Positions 50,283-61,083 of a DNA stretch of 64,000 nucleotides are shown piece after piece. Source of the stretch: an uncultured Chloroflexia bacterium (GTDB taxonomy: Bacteria > Chloroflexota > Anaerolineae > Anaerolineales > UBA4823); NCBI GenBank assembly GCA_963698765.1, contig CAVOSB010000037.1:90993-154992 (forward strand). Reading direction: 5' to 3'. How positions within the stretch are numbered: position 1 is the first letter of the stretch; each line of letters starts with the position of its first letter. Under the pieces are notes generated by a model. It ran no database searches. It saw nothing but the letters and a program-made list of their open reading frames with translations, and was not told where the DNA came from. The translations under genes were made by a program, and so were the position numbers.

Positions 50283-52313
50283 ATGAGCGTATATCTCAAA
50301 GACATCCCACTCCCTGAAGCGAAGTCCCGGTTGGAAATAGCCATCAAATCATCCGGAAAATGGGGGATTCTGGGTGAAGAAGTTATTGCCCTGGATGAAA
50401 AAGCTTGTGGGCGAGTATTATCTGAACCTGTCTGGGCCAAGATATCCTCTCCTCATTACCATTCTTCCGCAATGGATGGATTTGCAATACGGACCATGGA
50501 TACCCGCCATGCGATGCAGAATTCACCTGTCCGATTAACCATTCAATCCGCAGCTGGCGAAGAAAGGACAGAATATGTAGATACTGGCGATCCCCTCCCT
50601 GAATGGGCGGATGCTGTGATTCCAATTGAATTCACAGAACCTGTGGATGACCAGGGTCAAATCGCTTCAAACCCGCGCTGTCCTTTTGCCATTCGTATTC
50701 GGGCAGCCGTTTCGCCTTGGAGCAATGTCAGGGTGATGGGTGAAGATATCGTTGCCACGCAATTGGTCCTGCCTAAAGGACATATCCTGCGACCAGTAGA
50801 CCTGGGTGCAATCGCTGCCAGCGGGAATGACACTGTCAAAGTAGCCAAACAGCCAAAGGTGGCAGTGCTTCCCACAGGTAGTGAATTAGTGCCTGTAGGT
50901 CAACCTGTTTCAGCCGGAGAGATTATTGAATTTAATTCCCTGGTCTTGGCTGCCCAGGTGAACGATTGGGGAGGTAAGGCGAGCCGGTTCAGCATTACCA
51001 CGGATGACTTCGAGACGATTCGAAAGCGAGTGGCTCAGGCAGCACTCGAGCATGATCTCATCCTGTTGAACGCTGGGTCGTCTGCAGGATCCGAAGATTT
51101 TTCCGCCAGGGTGGTCGAATCCCTGGGATCAGTACTGGTTCATGGGATTGCAGTCAGACCCGGGCATCCCGTTATCCTGGGGATGCTGCGAATGAAGGCG
51201 GTCTATGATTGCTTGAATGTAGAATACCACACAGAGTTACCCGACATTCCCATTATCGGAGTGCCGGGCTTTCCGGTTTCAGCCGCATTGACCGGAGAGA
51301 TTTTTGTAGAGCCGCTCATGGCGCTCTGGCTGGGCAGGAAGGATTTTTCTCCAATTGAGGTTTCAGCCAGGATTACCCGAAAAATAACTTCTCCTCCCGG
51401 AGATGATGACTACTTGCGGGTGGTCGTTGGAAGGGTAAGAGACCAGCTCCTGGCGGCCCCACTTTCGCGTGGATCCGGCGTAATCACGTCATTGGTCCAG
51501 GCGGATGGTATCGTGATCCTGCCGCGCGGTATACAGGGTCTGCCTGCAGGGAGTGAAATCCGGGTGAGATTATATAAATCCCAATCTGAAATTGACCGAA
51601 CGATCTTCGCAATTGGATCGCACGACATGATACTGGACATCTTGGGTCAATCTCTTGTTCAGCACAATCGCAGGCTATCATCCGCCAATGTTGGCAGCCA
51701 GGCAGGGTTGGTTGCATTGAGCCGAGGGGAGGCTCATTTGTCAGGATCGCATCTATTGGATCCTGAAACGGGTGAATATAATATTAAGTATATTTACCAA
51801 TACCTGCCGGGTGTACCGATTAAAGTGGTTGACTTTGCTGTCAGGCAGCAGGGTTTTCTGGTTCTGCCTGACAACCCAAAGTCAATTCACTCACTCGAGG
51901 ACCTCTCACGTCCTGATGTCCGTTACATCAACCGTCAGCGCGGAGCTGGGACAAGAGTTCTATTAGATTACCACCTGGCACGGTCTGGCATTGAACCAGC
52001 TCAGATTCAAGGCTACAATCAAGAAGAATTTACCCACCTGGCGGTTGCAGCTGCTGTCTCATCTGGCCGAGCCGATTGTGGGCTGGGGATTCCAGCCGCA
52101 GCTGGCGCTCTTAAGCTGGATTTTGTGCCATTGTATTCAGAAAAATACCAGCTGGTGATCCCGGAAGAATTTTACGGAGCAGAAATCCTCCAGCCATTAT
52201 TGGAATTATTGACGGATCGAGCTTTCCAGGGTGCGGTCGGGAAATTGCCGGGATATGATGTCTCATCGATGGGTAAAATTGCTGCGGAGTTGAGCGGCGT
52301 CGGAGAAGTGTAA
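50283..52313 (+). CDS. MoeA-like protein fused to a C-terminal periplasmic-binding-protein-like domain
   Basis: The N-terminal roughly 430 aa are MoeA-like (SAMDGFAI, LPTGSELV, NAGSSAGSEDF, GIAVRPGHP). The C-terminal roughly 240 aa (FAIGSHD...NVGSQAGLVAL..GEAHLSGSH...INRQRGAGTR) resemble a PBP/substrate-binding fold. Confidence 0.8.
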   Translation: MSVYLKDIPLPEAKSRLEIAIKSSGKWGILGEEVIALDEKACGRVLSEPVWAKISSPHYHSSAMDGFAIRTMDTRHAMQNSPVRLTIQSAAGEERTEYVDTGDPLPEWADAVIPIEFTEPVDDQGQIASNPRCPFAIRIRAAVSPWSNVRVMGEDIVATQLVLPKGHILRPVDLGAIAASGNDTVKVAKQPKVAVLPTGSELVPVGQPVSAGEIIEFNSLVLAAQVNDWGGKASRFSITTDDFETIRKRVAQAALEHDLILLNAGSSAGSEDFSARVVESLGSVLVHGIAVRPGHPVILGMLRMKAVYDCLNVEYHTELPDIPIIGVPGFPVSAALTGEIFVEPLMALWLGRKDFSPIEVSARITRKITSPPGDDDYLRVVVGRVRDQLLAAPLSRGSGVITSLVQADGIVILPRGIQGLPAGSEIRVRLYKSQSEIDRTIFAIGSHDMILDILGQSLVQHNRRLSSANVGSQAGLVALSRGEAHLSGSHLLDPETGEYNIKYIYQYLPGVPIKVVDFAVRQQGFLVLPDNPKSIHSLEDLSRPDVRYINRQRGAGTRVLLDYHLARSGIEPAQIQGYNQEEFTHLAVAAAVSSGRADCGLGIPAAAGALKLDFVPLYSEKYQLVIPEEFYGAEILQPLLELLTDRAFQGAVGKLPGYDVSSMGKIAAELSGVGEV

Positions 52314-52329
52314 CCAGTTTATTCAAACT

Positions 52330-52349
52330 ATAAGGATAATTATCCTTAT
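52330..52349. promoter_or_regulatory. perfect 20-bp palindrome ATAAGGATAATTATCCTTAT upstream of bcp (candidate operator)
   Basis: The first 10 nt are the exact reverse complement of the last 10. The palindrome ends 15 nt before the bcp ATG (52365), just upstream of the GGAGG RBS. Confidence 0.45.
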
Positions 52350-52364
52350 GAAACAGGAGGAAAA

Positions 52365-52832
52365 ATGATCATACAATCAGGCCAAAAAGCGCCAGATTTC
52401 AGTCTGCCGGACGAGACTGGAAAAGAACACCGCCTTTCGGACTATTTGGGGAAGCCGGTCGTTTTATATTTTTATCCGAAGGATGATACTTCAGGATGTA
52501 CAACCGAAGCCTGTAATTTCCGTGATGACTACAGTCAATACGATGACGCAGGAGTGGTCATATTGGGGGTCAGTCCCGACGATGCTAAAAGCCACCTAAA
52601 ATTTAAAAGCAAATATCATCTACCTTTCACGCTGCTGGCTGATGTTGACCATAAAGTCTGCGAACTATACGGCGTGTGGGGGAGGAAAAAGATGATGGGT
52701 CGCGAATATGATGGTGTGTTCAGGACGACATTTCTGATCAGTGAAACCGGGAAAATACTGAAAGTATTTGAGAAAGTCAAACCTGCCGAACACAGCCAGG
52801 AAGTAATTGAAGCACTGAAAATAGGTGGATGA
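52365..52832 (+). CDS. bcp: thiol peroxidase, Bcp-type peroxiredoxin
   Basis: VVLYFYPKDDTSGCTTEAC is the peroxidatic Cys motif of 1-Cys/atypical 2-Cys Bcp. The ORF is 155 aa. Confidence 0.85.
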   Translation: MIIQSGQKAPDFSLPDETGKEHRLSDYLGKPVVLYFYPKDDTSGCTTEACNFRDDYSQYDDAGVVILGVSPDDAKSHLKFKSKYHLPFTLLADVDHKVCELYGVWGRKKMMGREYDGVFRTTFLISETGKILKVFEKVKPAEHSQEVIEALKIGG

Positions 52833-52844
52833 TGTTCGCGTTAT

Positions 52845-53287
52845 ATGGCTTTATTTTTGTTGCTGGGATTGTGCCTGGGATTGATCACAGCCTGTGACAG
52901 CAAAATGCAGAGTACGCCCCAGTCCAATAAAAACCGCCCTGATCCGCCTGATGAGTATTCACACCTAGAAAATCCGCTCGCGGGAAATCCGGAAGCGGAG
53001 ACGAGCGGGAGAGATGTATACCGAATTCATTGTGTGATGTGTCATGGTGAGAATGGAGCCGGAGATGGACCTGCTGCGACTTTCCCTGAATCCTGAAGCC
53101 AGAATCCTTTATTACCAACCAGGACCAATTCAGCGATGCATACTTGTTTTGGAGGATTTCTGAAGGAGGCTTGATAAAGCCATTTTCATCTGCCATGCCT
53201 TCCTGGAAAAGCATACTCAGTGAAGAAGAAATCTGGCAGGTCATCTCTCACTTGCGAACACTGATGGACTCAAGTACTTCAGGCTGA
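52845..53287 (+). pseudogene. c-type monohaem cytochrome lipoprotein, at least 1 frame break (~53080-53105)
   Basis: The lipobox is LGLITAC and the haem motif is CVMCHGENGAGDGPAA (ORF 52845-53096). The hand-translated alternative frame continues ...FSDAYLFWRISEGGLIKPFSSAMPSWKSILSEEEIWQVISHLRTL to TGA at 53285-53287, which supplies the Met ligand region. Confidence 0.65.
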
Positions 53288-53333
53288 ATGAGCTTGAAGT
53301 ACTTCTGATTCCTTACACCATAAACTGGTTAGA

Positions 53334-53732
53334 TCATTCGGTGACTGTCAAGGTCCCTTTCATCCCTTGTTCTAGGTGACCTGCAGTGCCGCACACCAGC
53401 TGGTATTCTCCAGGTTCAGACGGAGCCACGAAAGTGATTGTCTGCTTGGTGCCTGGCTGTAATTCTGCTTCCCAATAAATATTTGCCTCATCATCGTCGT
53501 CAAATGGGAGCGTAGCATCTTTACTCAGTAACATGATTACCAGCTCATGTTCCAGGGCTCCGGTATTCTCCAATTCCATGGTGACTTGTGCCCCAGCTGG
53601 GACGCTGAATGAATTCGGGATAAATTTAAACTCCTCCATCTTCACATTAAACTTGTATTCTTTCGGTGCACACGCTGTAAGCACAATAATCATAATAATA
53701 AAAATATAAAAAAAGCCGATTTTTCTATTCAT
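53334..53732 (-). CDS. cupredoxin (plastocyanin/azurin-like blue copper lipoprotein)
   Basis: The lipobox is VLTAC. The type-1 copper ligands are ...GALEHELV... and the C-terminal YQLVCGTAGHLEQGMKG (C-x2-H-x4-M). Confidence 0.75.
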   Translation of the reverse strand: MNRKIGFFYIFIIMIIVLTACAPKEYKFNVKMEEFKFIPNSFSVPAGAQVTMELENTGALEHELVIMLLSKDATLPFDDDDEANIYWEAELQPGTKQTITFVAPSEPGEYQLVCGTAGHLEQGMKGTLTVTE

Positions 53733-53890
53733 AAACTCCTCTCCCGTGGTTAGTTTGGAATATGGACCGTCTTGATGACAAGATCGCCCACTGATTTTGA
53801 GGGGTTCTTGTCCATCAGGTGTTTATACTACCGATATTACGTGCCGTCGACGTTTGAGAGGGGGATTAATGCAACCAAGAAGGATGATAT

Positions 53891-55828
53891 TTGGTTAATC
53901 ATATTGGAGGTCGCACACGATCTGAAAGACGATTTTGGGTTAAAATGATCGGCATGTTCCGCATAGCTTCCAGAGCAGCAAAAACTTTGGCGACCCGTTG
54001 GTTTCCATGGTTGGTTTTGGGATTAATTCTGATCGGTTTTTCGCTCAATGAAATCCTCAACCGGACATTGCTTGAAACTTCGTCTCTGAAAAGTAATGGA
54101 TTATTCTGGGTAAGTTTCCTGGTAATTTCCGGTATTTATGCTCTGATCGTATTCAGGCTGGATGATTTGTATAATCAACGCGAACAGCTCAGGAAAAGGA
54201 TCCAGGAAGGTGACAGCATTGTTGCCGCATCTGATAAACGTCTGGAAGCGATCTTTAATGTCAGCCAGAAATTCGTTGAAGCAAGTGATGAAAATGAAGT
54301 CATTGAGCCGGTGCTGCAATTGATTATAGAATTAATCGGTGCGAAAGGTGCGACTTTTGTGCCTTTGGATGAACACGGGCAACCGACTTCAGCCATCAGC
54401 TATGGAGAAACGCAACCCGCGATGATGAATGCGTGGCTTGAGTATTTAGCTTCACCGAAGGTACGCCAGAAGTGCAGCTCCTGCGAGTCCCCGGATAACC
54501 CGGAATCACGGGAGCGCTGCCCAATGCTGACCGGTCCCTTTACGAGTGACAGGTCTATCTATTGTTTACCAGTTCGAAGAGGGGAAATGGAATATGGAGT
54601 GGTGACAATCACATTTGCCGAATCCGATCAGCTGGATAACAAATCATTCTCTTTTCTACGCGCATTGCTGGACGAGACGGCATTAGGTCTGGAGAGTATT
54701 CGACTGAGGCGAAGGGAATTAGCTGCATTGCGCGAAATGCAGGTGTTGAGGGAAAAGACTGATCTGAATGGCTTGTTAAAGAACTACCTTGATAGTATTA
54801 TTCGAACTTTAGAAGTCGATTTTGCAGTCATGTTCCTGAAGAATCCATTTACTGGTGGTTCTATGGTAGCTGATAAGCGGACTATGCTGTCCAAGGGTGA
54901 GTTACCAGACCAGGCATTTCCGATCGTAGATGGGCTGATGCAGGGTGTATTTTCAATAAAGGAGCCAGTGATTCTTGGCGATGTGGGAGGAGGATCTTCT
55001 GCAGCGCCAGAGGCGCTCTCGCTGGGGGCGGTACCGCTATTATTTGCAGGACAAGAAGCACTCGGCGTCGTCTTGGTCGGGAATCGAAAAACCAAGCGCA
55101 TCAACCAGCGCCAGCTATCGCTTTTACAAACGATTGCGGGGCAGGTGGTGCTTGTCATACAGAATTCCCGCCTGATGGCGGAATTGGAATACAAGACGCT
55201 TATTGAAGAACGCAGCAGGTTGGCAAGAGAAATTCATGATGGCCTGGCTCAAACCCTCGGCTTATTAAAGCTGCAAGTCGCTCAAATCCGTAGCAATCTA
55301 GGCAGAGGTGAAATCGAGCGCTCACTCCAACTGATTGATATTACATACAACACTTTGAACGAAGCCTATGAAGATGCCCGACAGGCGATAGATGGTTTAC
55401 GCATCTCACCTGTAGAGACAGGGATTCGAACTTGGCTGGAGCAGATTCTAAGGGACTTCCAGGAAGTTACCGGTATTGCTTTCGAGATACAGGATCGCGA
55501 ATTGCGGACCGAATTGCCATCCGAAGTACATGTTCAATTGATCAGGATTGTCCAGGAGGTGCTGAGCAACGTACGGAAACATGCTCAGGCCAGCAGAGTG
55601 TGGGTGGAATTCCTGGAAAATGAGAAAGAGATCATTCTTGAGATTCGGGATGATGGAATCGGATTTTCACCTGAAGATGTCTCCCGACCATCGAAGCATG
55701 GCTTACGCGGAATACAAGAACGTGCAAATTTGATAGGAGCAAATATAAAAGTTATCAGCCGGAACGAAGAAGGTACAATAATCAGATTGGCTATACCTAC
55801 GAGCCAATTTAATGAGGTGGTTTTGTGA
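53891..55828 (+). CDS. GAF-domain sensor histidine kinase, NarX/LiaS type (HisKA_3)
   Basis: 645-aa ORF with TM helices, two GAF-like regions, the H-box LAREIHDGLAQTL and the HATPase motifs QEVLSNVRKHA and DDGIGF. The start is uncertain: TTG at 53891 or ATG at 53945. Confidence 0.8.
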   Translation: MVNHIGGRTRSERRFWVKMIGMFRIASRAAKTLATRWFPWLVLGLILIGFSLNEILNRTLLETSSLKSNGLFWVSFLVISGIYALIVFRLDDLYNQREQLRKRIQEGDSIVAASDKRLEAIFNVSQKFVEASDENEVIEPVLQLIIELIGAKGATFVPLDEHGQPTSAISYGETQPAMMNAWLEYLASPKVRQKCSSCESPDNPESRERCPMLTGPFTSDRSIYCLPVRRGEMEYGVVTITFAESDQLDNKSFSFLRALLDETALGLESIRLRRRELAALREMQVLREKTDLNGLLKNYLDSIIRTLEVDFAVMFLKNPFTGGSMVADKRTMLSKGELPDQAFPIVDGLMQGVFSIKEPVILGDVGGGSSAAPEALSLGAVPLLFAGQEALGVVLVGNRKTKRINQRQLSLLQTIAGQVVLVIQNSRLMAELEYKTLIEERSRLAREIHDGLAQTLGLLKLQVAQIRSNLGRGEIERSLQLIDITYNTLNEAYEDARQAIDGLRISPVETGIRTWLEQILRDFQEVTGIAFEIQDRELRTELPSEVHVQLIRIVQEVLSNVRKHAQASRVWVEFLENEKEIILEIRDDGIGFSPEDVSRPSKHGLRGIQERANLIGANIKVISRNEEGTIIRLAIPTSQFNEVVL

Positions 55829-56484
55829 ATCCAATCCGACTGGCGGTTGTGGACGATCATGCTCTCTTTCGAGCAGGCTTAATCAGCTTGCTGAATGAAA
55901 TGGTCGAATTCAACGTCATTGGAGAGGCTGAAGATGGATATGGAGCACTGGACCTGATTAAGCAGAAGAAATTGGATGTCATTTTACTGGACGTGAATAT
56001 GCCCGGCATGGGGGGAGTTGAGACTGTCAAATGCCTGCGAAACCTGCCGCGAGGGGATGAGCTGCGCATCCTTATGTTGACAATTTCTAAAAATGAGGAA
56101 GACCTGTTGGGCGCAATTACTGCGGGTGCAGACGGCTATTTACTAAAAAATGCTGAACCCGAGGAACTACGTAAGGCCATCCTCCAGGTGTACCAGGGAA
56201 TGTCCGTGCTATCCCCTCAGGTAACTCGCCTGGTATTACAGGCAGCGGCGGTGGCTGGAGATCACACCCGCACTTCCGACAGCGGTTTGAGCGGTCGCGA
56301 AATGGAAGTCCTATCTTGCTTATCGCAGGGCAAGACCACCAGCCAGATCGCCAACGAGCTTTTTATTTCAGAGAATACCGTAAAAACACACGTTCGCCAC
56401 ATTCTGGAAAAACTGGAGGCTTCTAACCGGGCTGAGGCAGTTAGCAAGGCCGTCCAGATGGGCTTGATTGGTTCACACACCTGA
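55825..56484 (+). CDS. NarL/LuxR-family response regulator
   Basis: The receiver is IRLAVVDDH...VILLDVNMPGMGG. The C-terminal HTH is LSGREMEVLSCLSQGKTTSQIANELFISENTVKTHVRHILEKL. It overlaps the kinase stop by 4 nt. Confidence 0.85.
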   Translation: MNPIRLAVVDDHALFRAGLISLLNEMVEFNVIGEAEDGYGALDLIKQKKLDVILLDVNMPGMGGVETVKCLRNLPRGDELRILMLTISKNEEDLLGAITAGADGYLLKNAEPEELRKAILQVYQGMSVLSPQVTRLVLQAAAVAGDHTRTSDSGLSGREMEVLSCLSQGKTTSQIANELFISENTVKTHVRHILEKLEASNRAEAVSKAVQMGLIGSHT

Positions 56485-57837
56485 TCCGAATTCCTTCATA
56501 ATCCGAACCATATGCCTGGCATGTTTCAGGTAAAGGTCCAACCGAAGATTTTCGTTTGGAGCGTGAGCTAAAGTTCCCGGATAACCGGCTCCCGCCGTGA
56601 CGACAGGCAGCTTCAAGTCGTGGATGAAAGGATAATTCGGTCCTGATCCACCGATCATCGGTGAAATCTGCATGGGCATTCCGTAAACTGGCCTGGCTGT
56701 ATCGACGGTCAGTTTGACAAACGGATGATCTGGATCGGTTCGTGCGGGTGGTTCCCTCCCAGATAGTGGATAACTACATCCTCAAATCCATTCGAATCCA
56801 GATGGAGACGCAGCTGCTCGAATACTTTTTGTGGGTGTTGGTCTGGCACCAGACGGAAATCAACTTTTGCGGAGGCCCGTGAGGGTAAGACTGTCTTTGA
56901 TCCTTCTCCTTGATACCCCGAAGTCAACCCGCAAATCGTGCAGGTTGGCTCAAATACTTCCGCCAGTCTCAGCTCGACTCCGCCAGTCAATCCCTTGAGA
57001 AATTTAGCTACCCCGTACTGCTGTTTATATTCCTGTGAGACTTCAGGCAGCAATTCCATATAATGCCGGTCGCGATCACTGGGCGGGAGAACTGAGTCAT
57101 AAAACCCGGGAATCCGAATGCGTTCATCGAGCCCTTTCAATGTGCTCAACGCCCAAACCAGTCGCCAGGCGGGATTCGGAAAAATTGAACCTCCCAGTCC
57201 TGAGTGGACATCGATATCGGCTGTTTTCACCTCGAGCTGGACATAGCAAATGCCTCTCAAGCCGAGGTATTGAATTGGTACCTCCCGGTGATCAACTCCT
57301 CCAAATTCCCAGATACACGCATCTGCTGCTAATCTCTGTTTATTGGATTGAATGAATTCGTGTAAATGGACGCTGCTGATTTCCTCTTCGCCCTCGATAA
57401 TGAATTTGATCCGGCAGGGTAATTCTCCCTCCGTGTTCAAGATCGCATCCAGATGCAAATAAGCGGGCAACCAGCTGGCCTTTATCATCGCTGACACCCC
57501 TGCCATAGAGTTTCCCATCTCGGATGGCGGGTTCGAAGGGTGGGCTTTCCCATAATTCAAGCGGTTCTGGAGGTTGAACGTCATAATGATTGTAAATCAG
57601 CAGGGTTTTTTCACTCTTACCCGGTCGCTCTCCATAAACTACCGGTGCTCCGTCAGTTTTCATAATTTCGACAGCAAACCCCCTATTTTCCAACATAGCT
57701 GCAACCATCTGTGCGCATTCCTGTACGCCCCAGTTTTGGGCAGCCACGCTGGGTTGGGCGACAAGCCTTGAAAGCTCAGCAATGCTTCCCTCGAGGTGCT
57801 CGTCGAGATACTTGTCAAACATCGAATAGTCACTCAT
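56473..57837 (-). pseudogene. M20-family metallopeptidase (dipeptidase/ArgE-DapE-CPG2 type), about 3 frame breaks (~57470, ~56740, ~56690)
   Basis: The N-terminus lies in ORF 57340-57837 (LLIYNHYDVQPP...GRGVSDDKGQ). The dimerisation domain lies in ORF 56709-57584 (FIIEGEEEISS...). The C-terminus lies in ORF 56473-56679 (GSGPNYPF...AHAPNENL). Confidence 0.75.
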
Positions 57838-57907
57838 CTATTTTTCCTTTCTTGGATTGTTGAGATTTGCACGACTATGTCAGCTCGCTTTAGCTTGATG
57901 AATCGTT

Positions 57908-58432
57908 TCACTTTCCAAGCAGCCATTGAAAAGATGTAGCCCCTGCATATGCAATTACCAACATCTTCAGGATTTTTCCAATAGAGCAAAACACCAAAAA
58001 TTGGAAGACCGGGATTTTCATTGTTCCCGCAGCTATCCCAGCCAGGTCAAAAAACGGATTAGGGATAAACGCCAGGACGAGGATAAATAGATTTCGCAGG
58101 TTCTTGTGACTTTCCATCCAATTTCGGACGCGTTCGTAGGATTCATAATTTTCGACCACAGCCTGGCCGCTGAAACCCGCTAAATAGCCGGTTAATTCGC
58201 CGATTGCAGCTCCAAGTCCGGCCGAAATCGCAACTCCGATTGGATTGAATACGGCTCCGAGAGTAAACACGAAGAGTATACCTGGCGCCGGAAGTAGAAC
58301 TGTTGAATTGGCTAAAATTGAAAGCAAGAAGATCCCCGGATATCCGTATTTTGCCAGCTCCTGGACTTGATCCCGAATACTGAAAATAAAAACGCTGATC
58401 GATATCACAATCATCAGCGCCAGTATCCGCAT
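57908..58432 (-). CDS. DedA/VTT-domain membrane protein
   Basis: Polytopic ORF with the VTT-type motif (LLPAPG...FNPIGVAISAGLGAAIGELTGY). I chose the ATG at 58432. The longer TTG-initiated form (to 58552) would overlap udk. Confidence 0.65.
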   Translation of the reverse strand: MRILALMIVISISVFIFSIRDQVQELAKYGYPGIFLLSILANSTVLLPAPGILFVFTLGAVFNPIGVAISAGLGAAIGELTGYLAGFSGQAVVENYESYERVRNWMESHKNLRNLFILVLAFIPNPFFDLAGIAAGTMKIPVFQFLVFCSIGKILKMLVIAYAGATSFQWLLGK

Positions 58433-58511
58433 GACGGTCAATCTGGTATTCGGTTTTGCTGCTAACTTTGGATTCGAGGTCAGCGCTGTCTCCTGGATTT
58501 GCCTGGCAGGC

Positions 58512-59147
58512 CTAATTCTTGCCCCGAACCAGTGCTTCGAGTCGCGCCACAACCATTTCCATGGCGACGGTATTCATTCCCCCTTCCGGGATGATCACGT
58601 CTGCATATCTTTTTGAGGGTTCAACAAATTCGAGGTGCATCGGCCTGACTGTCGACAGATATTGGTGCACAACCATTTCGGTTGTTCGGCCTCTTTCTGC
58701 TATGTCGCGTTGTAACCGGCGGATGAGCCGGATGTCCGGATCGGTATCGACAAAAACTTTCGCATCACACAGACCCCTCAGCACAGGGTCAGCGAAGATC
58801 AGGATGCCCTCGACCAGGATTATTGGCTGAGGATCGACTTGCTGTGTCTTTTCGGTCCGCATATGCGACTTGAAATCGTATACAGGTAATTGGATGGGCT
58901 GATTGTTTCTCAGCTGCTGGATGTGTTGGATCAGCAGGTCGGTGTCGAGCGAATCCGGGTGATCGAAGTTCACAATCGCCCTCTGGTTAGGAGGAAGATC
59001 ACTCAAGTCTTTATAATATGCATCATGGGGTAAATAAGCGATCTGTTCGCTGCCGACTTTTTCCAGGATCAGAAGGGCGAGGGTGGTCTTTCCAGAACCG
59101 GAACCGCCGGCAATTCCAATCACAAGCGGGGTTGCACGATTGCCCAT
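58512..59147 (-). CDS. udk: uridine kinase
   Basis: P-loop VIGIAGGSGSGKTT, NFDHPDSLD, ILVEGIL, and RRLQRDIAERGR. Confidence 0.85.
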   Translation of the reverse strand: MGNRATPLVIGIAGGSGSGKTTLALLILEKVGSEQIAYLPHDAYYKDLSDLPPNQRAIVNFDHPDSLDTDLLIQHIQQLRNNQPIQLPVYDFKSHMRTEKTQQVDPQPIILVEGILIFADPVLRGLCDAKVFVDTDPDIRLIRRLQRDIAERGRTTEMVVHQYLSTVRPMHLEFVEPSKRYADVIIPEGGMNTVAMEMVVARLEALVRGKN

Positions 59148-59224
59148 GATCGAATTATACTGGATGGGATGACGATTAGAAACGAATAGCAGCAGATATC
59201 GGGAAATCCGAACAAAAAAGATGG

Positions 59225-59299
59225 AGTCAACGAAGGGAATCAAACCTTTGACCCGCCGCTTACGAAGCGGCTGCTCTGCCGTGCTGAGCTACAGCTGGC
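59225..59299 (-). tRNA. tRNA-Thr(CGU)-like sequence with imperfect acceptor stem (degenerate copy or error-affected gene)
   Basis: Its reverse complement matches the tRNA at 63341-63413 from the D-stem through the anticodon arm (GCCGC-TTCGTAA-GCGGC) and the T-arm. However, the acceptor halves (GCCAGCTG / CGTTGAC) do not pair cleanly, showing one mismatch and one extra base. One T-stem pair is also A-C. Confidence 0.5.
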
Positions 59300-59404
59300 G
59301 CTTACCGCCACCTAAGGTGTTGAGCCAATTTCCATCCCCCACCATTGGGGTATTATTATTCCTGAAATTTTCATCCTTTCTCCCCGAATTACTTGACCAG
59401 CAGC

Positions 59405-60250
<846 letters not shown>

Positions 60251-61083
60251 GACCGCCTCCCCAAAATCAAAAACCCCAGCCGATTAATCGCCAGGATTAA
60301 GATGTTATTATACGATGTACCGCCACTACCCTGGCGGTGGGCTGGAATGATTTTCATTTCCATCCATTTTTATAATTGTAAAGGGTAATTTTACAAAGTA
60401 AATTAAATTCCAGAACTCAATATTTGCCTTCTGGGGCTAAAAAATGGGATTATTTCCGTGAGGGCTACCTCACGTCTCCTTGCATATCCAAAACGCATAC
60501 TGCCAGTACCCAACACCTCTCCGGGCTCTCATGCGTTCTGAAGTGCTTTTCTTGTTACTTGTCTTCCGATTTTCCTGGGGAGTGGGGATTGTATCGGTTG
60601 CTCCTCCTGTGTAAAATGCTGGAACAGAGCCAGAAGGAGTTCTTTCGAAGCGATTTAAAATTCGAGCATAATCCATAGTAATCCAAGTCTTTATAAAAAA
60701 AAGCACCCCTGAACTTTTTCTGCTCTAATGAGAACAAAGAAATAATGCGGTTTCTTGTCATCAATTTTCCCAATAAAATACCAATATCATCTGTATAAAA
60801 TTGAGACACGAACAGGTTTACTTTTCCCAGACTCTGATTATGTGAAAATTAATTCATGACCTTTATCAAGAAGCAAATTCGCACCACCAAGGCTCTAGAA
60901 GTCATCAAACGCTCGAAATAAGGGATGAACATCACGGATGGCCGGTTATGAAGGCGGCAGTGCCATAGCACAGGGATATAATTAAGAGACCAGTATATGA
61001 ATAGATAACAGGCAGGTTGCCACGGTGAGACAGGATCGGAAGAAATCCATCTCTATATAATCCTGTTCGAAAGGGAGGGGAAA

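Noticed and set aside
60470-60809. Overlapping minus-strand ORFs as a transposase or IS remnant.
   Set aside because: I found no DDE/HTH motif, no terminal inverted repeats and no recognisable family. It is kept only as an unexplained region in the findings.
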